Origin: an uncultured Thermoleophilaceae bacterium
GTDB taxonomy: Bacteria > Actinomycetota > Thermoleophilia > Solirubrobacterales > Thermoleophilaceae
Reading direction: 5' to 3'
DNA length: 64,000 bases
NCBI GenBank assembly: GCA_963706635.1
Contig: OY970162.1
Coordinates: forward strand, 479,696-543,695
Part shown: positions 28,569 through 36,585 of the stretch, piece by piece
How the letters are laid out: every line of letters starts with the position of its first letter
Numbering within the stretch: the stretch's first letter is position 1
Program-made: the position numbers and the translations under genes
Notes under the pieces: model-generated
What the model saw: only the letters and a program-made list of their open reading frames with translations
Databases searched by the model: none
What the model was told of the DNA's origin: nothing

Positions 28569-28735
28569 ATGATTGATTCCGCGGTCGTGTGTGCGCGGGG
28601 GCGCACGGGGCCGAGCTGGGCGGGGGAAGCAGGGCGAAGCCGATACACGGGTGTATCGGCGAGCCCGATGACCCCGATCCAGCGACGGTATCCGTGCGTC
28701 ATCCGCGTGCGCGGGGTCGTGGAATCAGTCATCTA
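28566..28735 (+). mobile_element. MITE-like palindromic element, copy 1 (170 bp)
   Basis: TAGATGATTGATTCCGCGG...CGTGGAATCAGTCATCTA imperfect terminal inverted repeats. Internal hairpins GTGCGC-GGGG-GCGCAC and CCGATACAC-GG-GTGTATCGG. Near-identical to copies at 34379, 46841 (rc) and 59580 (rc). Confidence 0.85.
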
Positions 28736-29335
28736 ATGGGGCTCGTCCGAGTCGGACGCGGGCGGCCGGTCCTCCTCGGCGAGTGAGGTGATCGTGAGCG
28801 TCCCGCGGGCCGCGTCCTCGAGCACCTCGGTCGCCTCCTCGCCGCTGCGGGCGTAGAGCTCGACCAGCATGTGGATCACGATCCGGTCTTCCTCGTGCTT
28901 GTGGAAGCGGACGTGCGTGAAGAACTCGCGCGTGCCGTGGTCGCCGAAGGCCGCGAACGCCAGCGAGTCGGCCGCCTCCGGGCCGGAGCAGGTCTCGACC
29001 TGGTCGCCGTCGACCGTGACCGTGCACGAGGCGACGAACGGCGAGCCGGTGACCATCCGCTCCCAGCGGTCCTCGACCGCCTCGATGCGGCTGATGCGAC
29101 GCCCGTTCTCCTCGTAGAACGTGAGGCTCAGGTGCGGCTGGTCGTGCAGGCAGTCGAGGCACTGCACCACCGCCTCCTGGACCTCCTCGACGGGATCCAC
29201 GGCTTCGCCGGTGCTGGCGTCGACCTTGAGGATCCCCTCGTAGTGGAGCTGGACCTCGAGGTTCTGCGACCAGCAGCGGTAGCAGCGGAGCCAGCTCGAT
29301 TGGGTGCCGACGGAGTCCGGCGCTGAGCCTTCCAT
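28733..29335 (-). CDS. hypothetical acidic protein with N-terminal CxxC...CxxC zinc-ribbon-like motif
   Basis: 200 aa. CYRC (18-21) and CLDC (59-62). Acidic C-terminus EEDRPPASDSDEPH. The stop is the terminal CTA of MITE copy 1. Confidence 0.5.
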   Translation of the reverse strand: MEGSAPDSVGTQSSWLRCYRCWSQNLEVQLHYEGILKVDASTGEAVDPVEEVQEAVVQCLDCLHDQPHLSLTFYEENGRRISRIEAVEDRWERMVTGSPFVASCTVTVDGDQVETCSGPEAADSLAFAAFGDHGTREFFTHVRFHKHEEDRIVIHMLVELYARSGEEATEVLEDAARGTLTITSLAEEDRPPASDSDEPH

Positions 29336-29344
29336 GCCCCAATT

Positions 29345-29770
29345 ATGCTCACGCGAGTGACTCGGGCGGGGCTCATGGCATCGGTGGCCCTGATCGCGCT
29401 CTCGGGTTGCTCGCTCGGCGCGGACGACGAGAAGGGCAAGCCCGAGCCCGCCAGAGGGGCTGCCAAGCAGGTGGCGGCCACCGTCGGGGCGCTCGATCGA
29501 GCGGTTCGCGCGGGGCGCTGGCGGACGATCTGCGACCGCCTGTTCACGCCCGCCGCTCGCGAGCGCGCGGGGGGCAAGGACTGCGTCCGGCTCGTCCGCT
29601 CGTCCGCCGGAGACCTCCGCGGCGCCCGGATCGAGCTGGTGGGAATCGAGGTCGGCCAGCGCGGGGCCGAGGCGCGCGTGCGCACACAGGCGCGCGGACA
29701 GGCACCGCTCACGGACACGCTCACCCTGAGGCGGATGAGCGGGCGCTACCGGATCGAGTCGCTCCGCTAG
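29345..29770 (+). CDS. small lipoprotein, hypothetical
   Basis: 141 aa. Lipobox VALIALSGCS. No recognisable catalytic motif. Confidence 0.5.
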   Translation: MLTRVTRAGLMASVALIALSGCSLGADDEKGKPEPARGAAKQVAATVGALDRAVRAGRWRTICDRLFTPAARERAGGKDCVRLVRSSAGDLRGARIELVGIEVGQRGAEARVRTQARGQAPLTDTLTLRRMSGRYRIESLR

Positions 29771-29855
29771 ACCCCGTCCTTCGCCCGTTTCGCGGTCACG
29801 GATCCAACTAGGGCCGCTATAGGCAGCCCCAGATGGATCGGTGGCCCGATCACGG

Positions 29856-30806
29856 CTAGCTCAGCGCGCCTGCCAGCGCTTCCAGCGTCACGTCGAAGTC
29901 GGTCTTGGGCACAGCGCCGATGCACGGCGAGGTCGCGCCGGCGTCGCGGTAGCGGCGCACGGAGGCGGTCGCCTCCTCGGCGTCGCCGATCGCCCCGAGC
30001 ACCCCGAGGAACTCGTCGGAGACCGGCTTGCCTTCGTCCGCGCCGGCCACGTCGTCCGCGAAGCCCGAGCGCTCGAGCATCGCCCGGTAGAAGGGGAGGT
30101 GGAAGTAGGGGACGAGCTCCTGGCGCAGCTTGTCGCGGGCCTCGTCGGGCTCGCTCGTGACTGCCGAGGGCACAGCGGCGACGATGTCGAAGCCGTCGAG
30201 GTCCTTGCCCGCGCGCTCGCGTCCCTCGCTGACCGCTGGAACGACCACGTCGCGGACGTAGTTGGGGTTGCAGAGCCAGAGGACCACTCCGTCCGCGACC
30301 TCGCCTGCCAGCTTCAGCATCCCGGGGGAGAGACCGGCGATGTAGATCGGCAGGTCGCGGCGGGGCGGGTCGAAGCCCATGAAGTGGAAGCCGGAGCGGA
30401 AGCGCTCGCCCTGCGGCGGGTCCTCGCCGTGCATGATCGCGCGCACGATGCCGACGTACTCGCGCATCTCGCGCACGGGCTTCTCGATCTTGTCGTTGAA
30501 CCAGCCTTCGACCACCGGGCGGTGCGAGACCCCCAGCCCGAGCACGAGCCGGCCGCCCGAGAACTCGTCCGCGGTGGCGGCCGACATCGCGGTGGTGACC
30601 GGGTTGCGCGAGTAGATCGGCATCACGCCGGTCCCGAGCCGGACGCGCTCCGTGCGCGAGGCGTACGCCACCAGCGTGGTGAGCGAGTCGCGGCCGGCGA
30701 TGTGCGTTATGAAGACCGACTCGTAGCCCAGCCGCTCGGCGAGCTCGACGCGGTCGAGCGCGGTGTCGAGCGAGCGGCCAACCGAGATGAAGCAGCCGAG
30801 CCCCAA
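29856..30806 (-). CDS. LLM-class (luciferase-like) F420-dependent oxidoreductase
   Basis: 316 aa. LAERLGYESVFITHIAGRDSLTTLVAYASRTERVRLGTGVMPIYSRNPVTTAMSAATADEFSGGRLVLGLGVSH. Confidence 0.8.
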   Translation of the reverse strand: MGLGCFISVGRSLDTALDRVELAERLGYESVFITHIAGRDSLTTLVAYASRTERVRLGTGVMPIYSRNPVTTAMSAATADEFSGGRLVLGLGVSHRPVVEGWFNDKIEKPVREMREYVGIVRAIMHGEDPPQGERFRSGFHFMGFDPPRRDLPIYIAGLSPGMLKLAGEVADGVVLWLCNPNYVRDVVVPAVSEGRERAGKDLDGFDIVAAVPSAVTSEPDEARDKLRQELVPYFHLPFYRAMLERSGFADDVAGADEGKPVSDEFLGVLGAIGDAEEATASVRRYRDAGATSPCIGAVPKTDFDVTLEALAGALS

Positions 30807-30883
30807 GGCGGGGGAGCATACCTCCGCGGGGCTTCCAGCCCCGCGTCCTGAGACCGCCTCTCGGCGTCCGGCCTCGCGTAACC

Positions 30884-30903
30884 GGGTCGGCTTTCGCCGA
30901 CCC
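30884..30903. terminator. short hairpin at the GH5 gene 3' end
   Basis: gggtcggc-tttc-gccgaccc: 8-bp stem overlapping the stop codon. No U-tract. Confidence 0.3.
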
Positions 30904-32723
30904 TACCGCCGCAGCACGCGGACCGTCGTACGCCCGCGGCGGTAGCCGGCCTTGGAGGCGAGGACACGGCGGCTGCCGCGGCGGCCGAGCCGAAGGACCA
31001 GCGCCGCCCGACCGCGGCGGTTCGTCCTCACGCGGCGGCCGCCGAAGCGGATCAGCACGCGGCGCAGCGGGCGCCCGTGGCGCACGCTGGCCCGGAAGCG
31101 GAAGCGCGTCCGCACGCCGGCGACGACCCGCCGCGGCCGCACCCGTATCCGGATCCGGCTCGGGGGCGTGCGCGGCGCGCGGCAGTCGGCGCGCTTGTGG
31201 CCGCTCCCCGGCGTCAGCGTCACCTCGACCCGCCTGCGTCCGGTGCAGGTTCGGATGCGCAGCAGCCGCGCGCCCGCGGCGGAGAGGGCCTCGCCTCCCT
31301 TCACGCGCACGTCGTACCCGCCCGGGTAGCGGCGGGGGGAGGCGAAGATCTGCGTGTCGGCCCGGAAGGCGAACGAGCCGCCGCCCTTGCGGCCGGTCGA
31401 GTAGGCGAGCGTGAAGCGGTTCGAGCCCGGGTCGAAGCTCCAGCTCGACGGGACGCCCGCCACGGCCTGGGGATAGGGGCGGGAAAGGACCGCGAGCTTG
31501 TCGGCCTTGACGTTCGCTCCGGTGGGCGCCTTGCGCGCGTCGTTCACCACCGACTGCGTGCCGCCGCTCCCGGAGGTCGTGGGGTCGGCGCATCCGCAGT
31601 AGTGCCAGTAGAGCCAGCCCACCATGTGGTCGTCGGCCTCGCCCACGATCCGCCCGATCCTGGTGAGGTTGTCGGTGGCGCCGAACTCCGTCAACAGCGA
31701 CGCGTCGCCGGTGCGGTCCGACTGGGCGTTCGCGTTGTCGAAGGCGAGCTCCTCGAACGGCTTGCAGCTCGTCTCCTCACTGCCGCCGCCGGTGTCCGGC
31801 CCGGGTGCGTCGCCGGCCAGGCAGTAGACGTGGAAGCTCATCCCCGAGCGCGGCCCGATGTCGCCGTGATGGGTCTTCGGGCCGTAGTTGAAGAGGACGT
31901 TGGGCTCGTACCAGACGAGGCGCCGCGAGTCGACGCTGCGGATCTGCTTCGAGACGCGCTTCGAGAACGGTGTCAGCTTGCTCTGGTCGAACAGCGGGCA
32001 GCCCTCGGTGTTCGCGCATGTCTGCCAGCCAGTCCCCGGCCAGGGCTCGTTGAAGATGTCGTAGCCCATGTTGTAGGGCTCGGCGCGGAAGCGCTTGGCC
32101 ACGTAGCGCCAGGCCCCCGCGTAGCGGTCCTGGAGGCCCACGCCGCCGGGCCCGGCGTCGTTGTTCCAGAAGTGGTCGAACGCCCGGTTGAGGGCGGGCA
32201 TCCCTATGTAGTTGCCCGGGAAGCCGAGCTGGGGCTGGGCCGGGAGGCCGTCGTCCTGCACGGCCCAGTCGGGGAAGCCCTCGCCCTGGAAGCGCTCGTT
32301 GTAGAGGTCCTGGTGGAAGTCGAGGAGCGAGAAGACGTGCTGCCGCGCCAGCGTCCGCAGCGTCGACCGGATCTGCTCGAGATAGTGGTCGTCGTAGCCG
32401 CCCGGACGCGGCTCGACTCCCTTGTAGATGAGCCCGAGCCGGACCGCGTTCAGTCCTTCGCGTGAGAGGAAGCGCGCGTCGGGTCCGTCGAAGCCGGCCG
32501 CGAGGGGGTGGTAGGGCGGCTTCTTGTAGACCATGTTCACGCCGTGCAGGATCACGACGCGGCCCCTGGCGTCGGTGATCCAGCGCCCCGACTGGCTCAG
32601 CGGCGCGCTGGGCGCAGCGGCAGCCGGCCCCGCCAGAACGGCGGCTGCGGCGAGCGCCGCGACGATCCCGATCGGTCTCCTCAAGGGCTTGCGTAGTCTG
32701 CCGCCCCGTGCGCGCGAGGGCAA
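30903..32723 (-). CDS. secreted glycoside hydrolase family 5 (endoglycoceramidase/cellulase-like) with Arg-rich C-terminal module
   Basis: 606 aa. Signal IGIVAALAAAAVLAGPAAAAPS. VILHGVNMVYKKPPY, DFHQDLYNERFQGEGFPDWAV, catalytic YDIFNEPWPG. Start codon (TTG 32723) is uncertain. Confidence 0.8.
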   Translation of the reverse strand: MPSRARGGRLRKPLRRPIGIVAALAAAAVLAGPAAAAPSAPLSQSGRWITDARGRVVILHGVNMVYKKPPYHPLAAGFDGPDARFLSREGLNAVRLGLIYKGVEPRPGGYDDHYLEQIRSTLRTLARQHVFSLLDFHQDLYNERFQGEGFPDWAVQDDGLPAQPQLGFPGNYIGMPALNRAFDHFWNNDAGPGGVGLQDRYAGAWRYVAKRFRAEPYNMGYDIFNEPWPGTGWQTCANTEGCPLFDQSKLTPFSKRVSKQIRSVDSRRLVWYEPNVLFNYGPKTHHGDIGPRSGMSFHVYCLAGDAPGPDTGGGSEETSCKPFEELAFDNANAQSDRTGDASLLTEFGATDNLTRIGRIVGEADDHMVGWLYWHYCGCADPTTSGSGGTQSVVNDARKAPTGANVKADKLAVLSRPYPQAVAGVPSSWSFDPGSNRFTLAYSTGRKGGGSFAFRADTQIFASPRRYPGGYDVRVKGGEALSAAGARLLRIRTCTGRRRVEVTLTPGSGHKRADCRAPRTPPSRIRIRVRPRRVVAGVRTRFRFRASVRHGRPLRRVLIRFGGRRVRTNRRGRAALVLRLGRRGSRRVLASKAGYRRGRTTVRVLRR

Positions 32724-32727
32724 CGGC

Positions 32728-33288
32728 GTGATCGGGGCGGTCCTGGCCGGGGGCTCCGGCCGCAGGCTGGGCTCCGTCTCGAAGGCCGCCGTCGCGATCG
32801 GCGAGCGCCCGCTCGTGAGCTATCCGATCGCCGCCCTCTGGAGCGTGTGCGAGCGGGTCGCGGTGGTCTGCAAGCCGGACACCGAGCTACCCGAGCTGGG
32901 GGACGCCGAGCGCTGGGACGAGCCGCCCGAGCCCCGCCACCCGCTGACGGGGATCACGCACGCCCTCGAGCGCGCCGGCGGCCCCGTTCTCGTCTGCGCG
33001 GCTGACATGCCGTTCGTGACGGGCGACGCCTGCCGGACGCTGCTCGCGGCCGCCGGGACGGGCGGCCCCGCGGTGGTGGCCGTGTCCGAGGGTGTCCTCC
33101 AGCCGGTCTTCGGCCTCTACTCGCCCGCCGCGCTCGAGGGGCTTCGGGCGGCGCCGGAGGATGCCCCCCTCACCGCGGCCGTCGAGGCGCTCGACCCCGC
33201 CCGGGTCGCGCTGCCGCCCGCGATCGTGCGCAGCGTGAACACTCCGGAGGACCTGGCGGAAGCTAAAAATGCGCTAATTCCGGGGTAA
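32728..33288 (+). CDS. mobA: molybdenum cofactor guanylyltransferase
   Basis: GTG 32728. VIGAVLAGGSGRRLG...VLVCAADMPFVT. Confidence 0.75.
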   Translation: MIGAVLAGGSGRRLGSVSKAAVAIGERPLVSYPIAALWSVCERVAVVCKPDTELPELGDAERWDEPPEPRHPLTGITHALERAGGPVLVCAADMPFVTGDACRTLLAAAGTGGPAVVAVSEGVLQPVFGLYSPAALEGLRAAPEDAPLTAAVEALDPARVALPPAIVRSVNTPEDLAEAKNALIPG

Positions 33289-33292
33289 ATAT

Positions 33293-34381
33293 GTGCGAAG
33301 AGGCGTCAAGTCGGCGCTCGCGCAGGCCGATGCACTCCGTGAAGTGCGACTTGGCCTGAATTCCTCTGTGACCGCCTCCACCCGCCTCGGTGCGGTTGCC
33401 TCCCTGCTCGCCGCCGTAGGCGGGCTTCTCATCTGGACTCTCGACCCCGGAAGCGTGCGCTCGCCGCTCATCGCGGGTGCCGGGATAGCCGGGGCGGCGC
33501 TGGTCGGTGGGGCCTACGTGTTCCTCCCCTGGCAGCGGCTGCCCCGCCGGGCCATCCTCGTCCCCCTGGTCCTCCTGGGCGTGCCCGGCATCGCCATCGC
33601 CGCCTACAACACCGGCGGCATGTCCAGCCCTTACACCTACTACTTCGTCTTCATCCCGTTCACGGCGGCGCTGATCGCGACCCGCTGGGAGTTGACCCTC
33701 TCCGTGGCCGCCTGCACGCTCGGGGCCGCGGCCCCGCTCGCCTATGACGGGGCGCCCACCTCGAACGTCGTCCTGCTCCTCTTCCTCGTCACGATCTCCG
33801 GCGCCACGGGGATCGTCTTCCACCGCTCCCAGGAGCACGTCCGCGCGAGCGATGCCCGCCTGCGCGACATGGCCCTTCGCGACTCCCTCACGAACGTGGC
33901 CAACCGCCGCGCGCTCGAGGTGCTCGCGGCCAACGTGCTGCTCGCGGCGGCGCGCGACGACCGCAGCCTCAGCGTCTGTTACCTGGACGTCGATCACTTC
34001 AAGGAGGTCAACGACACCTTCGGCCACGCCGTGGGCGATCGCGTCCTCAAGGCCCTGGCGCGCAGCACCAAGAAGGTACTTCGAGACGGCGACCTCGTCG
34101 GCCGGCTCGGCGGCGACGAGTTCGCGGTCGTGCTGCCCGGTGCAGGGTCCGACCAGGGCCGCGTCGTCGCCGACCGTCTCGCCTCGGCCTTCGCTGACGA
34201 GGTCGAGGCGGACAGGGGCCTGCCGGCGGTCACCGTCAGCGTGGGCCGGGCCACCTTCCCGCGCGACGGCCGCAACTGGGAGGAGCTCCTCCACGCGGCC
34301 GACGGGCGGCTCCTGAAGCTCAAGCAGACGCGGGAAGCGGACGAGCTGACCGTCGCAGTGCTGGGCCCGAGCGCGGCCTAG
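33293..34381 (+). CDS. membrane-anchored diguanylate cyclase (GGDEF)
   Basis: 362 aa. About 5-6 N-terminal TM helices. RDSLTNVANRRAL...YLDVDHFKEVNDTFGHAVGD...RLGGDEFAVVL. The stop TAG belongs to MITE copy 2. Confidence 0.9.
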   Translation: MRRGVKSALAQADALREVRLGLNSSVTASTRLGAVASLLAAVGGLLIWTLDPGSVRSPLIAGAGIAGAALVGGAYVFLPWQRLPRRAILVPLVLLGVPGIAIAAYNTGGMSSPYTYYFVFIPFTAALIATRWELTLSVAACTLGAAAPLAYDGAPTSNVVLLLFLVTISGATGIVFHRSQEHVRASDARLRDMALRDSLTNVANRRALEVLAANVLLAAARDDRSLSVCYLDVDHFKEVNDTFGHAVGDRVLKALARSTKKVLRDGDLVGRLGGDEFAVVLPGAGSDQGRVVADRLASAFADEVEADRGLPAVTVSVGRATFPRDGRNWEELLHAADGRLLKLKQTREADELTVAVLGPSAA

Positions 34382-34548
34382 ATGATTGATTCCGCGGCCG
34401 CGTGTGCGCGGGGGCGCACGGGACCGAGCTGGGCGGGGGAAGCAGGGCGAAGCCGATACACGGGTGTATCGGCGAGCCCGATGACCCCGATCCAGCGACG
34501 GTAACCGTGCGTCATCCGTGTACCCGGGGTCGTGGAATCAGTCATCTA
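34379..34548 (+). mobile_element. MITE-like palindromic element, copy 2 (170 bp)
   Basis: Same orientation as copy 1. Differs by a handful of substitutions. Confidence 0.85.
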
Positions 34549-34550
34549 GC

Positions 34551-34697
34551 CTAGTAGCGAAGCAGGACCAGCACCAGCGCGACGGCGAAGGCGATCTGGC
34601 CGACGCCGAGCGCGACGCCGAGGTTGGCGGCGCCCGCGAGCTCCGCCACCCCGGTCGCCGCCGCGAACACGGCGAGGAGCGCCGCGGCCTTCTTCAT
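34551..34697 (-). CDS. 48-aa hydrophobic micro-protein (not in ORF track), translationally coupled to meaB
   Basis: Own translation: MKKAAALLAVFAAATGVAELAGAANLGVALGVGQIAFAVALVLVLLRY. Its ATG overlaps the meaB stop (ATGA at 34694-34697). Ends 3 nt from MITE copy 2. Confidence 0.45.
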   Translation of the reverse strand: MKKAAALLAVFAAATGVAELAGAANLGVALGVGQIAFAVALVLVLLRY

Positions 34698-35644
34698 GTC
34701 TGCTCGCGCAGGGCCTCGAGCAGGCGATCTACCGAGGCGTCCTCGTCCTGGCCGGCGAGGAAGGCCTCGGCCTCGCGGCGGCCGCCCAGCGCCCGCAGCG
34801 CGCCCTCGCCGTGCTCAGCGACGAACTCGCGCAGGGCGGCCAGCCTGCGCGCCCTGGTGCGGCGGGCATGCAGATCGAGCCCTTGCCGCTGTGTCTCGAG
34901 CGCGTCGGCGAGCTCCCCGATGCCGCTCGGCGGCGGGACCGAGGAGACGGCGACCACCGGAACGTCGCGCGATCCAACCGCGGCCAGCGCCTGGTCCAGG
35001 TCGCGCCGGGCCCGGACCGCGACGTCGCCGAGGTCGGCCTTGGTCACGACGAGCACGTCCGGGACCTCCATGATCCCGGCCTTGATGAACTGGAGCGTGT
35101 CGCCCGAGCCTGGCTGGACGACCACCGCGACCGTGTCACAGACCTCCTCCACGTCGGTCTCCGACTGGCCCACGCCCACGGTCTCCACGACGACAACGTC
35201 GAACGCCGCCGCCAGCGCATCGGTCGCCTCGCGTGTGGGCGCCGCGAGGCCGCCCAGCCGTCCACCGGCTGCGGTCGAGCGGATCAGCACGCCGTCGTCG
35301 CGCGGGTCGTGATCGATCCGGACGCGGTCGCCGAGGAGCGAGCCGCCGGAGCGCTTGGAGGACGGGTCGACGGCCAGCACGGCAACGGTCCTCTGCCGTC
35401 GTCGCCACTCCTGCACCAGCGCGGAGAGCAACGAGGACTTGCCCGCGCCCGGAGGCCCCGTTACGCCCACCAGATGCGCGTCGAGCTCTTCTCCGACCGC
35501 CGCGGGGGACACCTCGGCGAGCAGCTCGCGGGTCCGCTGCCGCCCCTGGGGCGAGCGGTCCTCGATCAGGTTGAGCGCCGCCGGCGCGGCGGAGCGGTCG
35601 CGCTCACGCAGCCGCCTGCCAAGCTTTGCCGGGTCCACCGCCAT
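34694..35644 (-). CDS. meaB: methylmalonyl-CoA mutase-associated G3E GTPase
   Basis: 316 aa. P-loop VGVTGPPGAGKSSLLSAL. ETVGVGQSE. VVTKADL. Confidence 0.9.
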   Translation of the reverse strand: MAVDPAKLGRRLRERDRSAAPAALNLIEDRSPQGRQRTRELLAEVSPAAVGEELDAHLVGVTGPPGAGKSSLLSALVQEWRRRQRTVAVLAVDPSSKRSGGSLLGDRVRIDHDPRDDGVLIRSTAAGGRLGGLAAPTREATDALAAAFDVVVVETVGVGQSETDVEEVCDTVAVVVQPGSGDTLQFIKAGIMEVPDVLVVTKADLGDVAVRARRDLDQALAAVGSRDVPVVAVSSVPPPSGIGELADALETQRQGLDLHARRTRARRLAALREFVAEHGEGALRALGGRREAEAFLAGQDEDASVDRLLEALREQT

Positions 35645-36529
35645 CGGGCTCGGAACCTACACGGCGGTGGAGCCTCTTCAGGCGTCGCTCGGTCCGTGCA
35701 GCTTGCTGGTGAAGGTGGCGCCACGTGACCCGAAACGGCTCGAAGCCGGCGAGGAGCAGCTGCTGGTCCCGATCCCGGTCCTCATCCAGGCCACGGGTGG
35801 TGTCGTGGAACCTGCGACTGTCGAGCTCGACCGCGATCCGCTCCTGCCTCCAGAGGAAGTCCACGTGGACCGGCCCGTCCTCGAGCATGACCAGCGCCTC
35901 GGGCTCGGGATCTTCGAGGCCCGCCCGCCGCGACAGCGTGAGAAACGCCTCTACGAACGGAGCGCGCTCGGCGGGGCCGTGGTACTCGTCGAGGATCGAG
36001 CGGATCACCTTGGCCCCGCGACGGCCATCTGCTCTCACCCCTCATGCCCTCGGCGGCGTCGAGGGCCAGAACCACCGCGCGTCGGTCTACTACCTCGGCC
36101 AGGTCGATCAGGGTCCGGGCGACCGTCGTGCAGGGGATGCCGTCGATCACGGTGATGTCCGCTTCACGCAGCGACACCGCCGAGTGCGCGTGGATGCCGC
36201 GTCGCTGGTACAGGGAGTTGCTGGGTAGGGAGACGTCGATCCTGGCCCGGTTGTCTGCTCGGATGCCGAGGAGCGCCGCGGCCGCACGGTGGGACAGCGC
36301 TGCGCCGGGCCCACAGGCGAGGACAGCGGCCATCCAGCGGGTCTTGATCGTGACCGGCCCGTGGCCCACGAAATAGACACCGCGGTGGAGCCGCCGCCAA
36401 TGACCCCGCTCCACCCTCGACTGCGCCGTCCGCGCGGCGATGCCGAGCGGCTTGAGCTGCCACAGGGCCACCGCCCCATGCTGCTGCCGTGCCAGGGCCC
36501 CCAGGGGGGTCCAACAGATTGACGCGCAT
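35604..36529 (-). CDS. DUF559 / Vsr-like endonuclease-fold protein (apparent frameshifts ~36030 and ~36495)
   Basis: N-terminal QQHGAVALWQLKPLGIAARTAQSRVERGHWRRLHRGVYFVGHGP...TTVARTLIDLAEV. C-terminal VHVDFLWRQERIAVELDSRRFHDTTRGLDEDRDRDQQLLLAGFEPFRVTW is in another frame. A possible ATG at 36529 needs a shift in a C6/G5 run. Confidence 0.6.
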
Positions 36530-36585
36530 AACGGTGGCTTTTCTGTGGGACCCCATGCACGCGCCGCAGGCTGACGGCTCGGGCG

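Noticed and set aside
28569-28738. Element-spanning ORFs in the MITE copies. An ATG directly follows the terminal TAG (TAGATGA). In the 170-bp copies a 55-codon frame runs to the terminal TA plus the next base. Examples are copy 1 (28569-28738), copy 2 (34382-34551) and copy 4 (59583-59750). The track ORFs 28589..28786, 46523..47002 and 59049..59726 also share GEPDDPDPATVSVRHPR.
   Set aside because: Open frames exist on both strands and in several phases, as expected for GC-rich palindromic DNA. There is no RBS. Copy 3 (169 bp) and copy 5 break the frame. The track ORFs run out of the element into flanking genes. Treated as non-coding, although the stop-start arrangement is noted.
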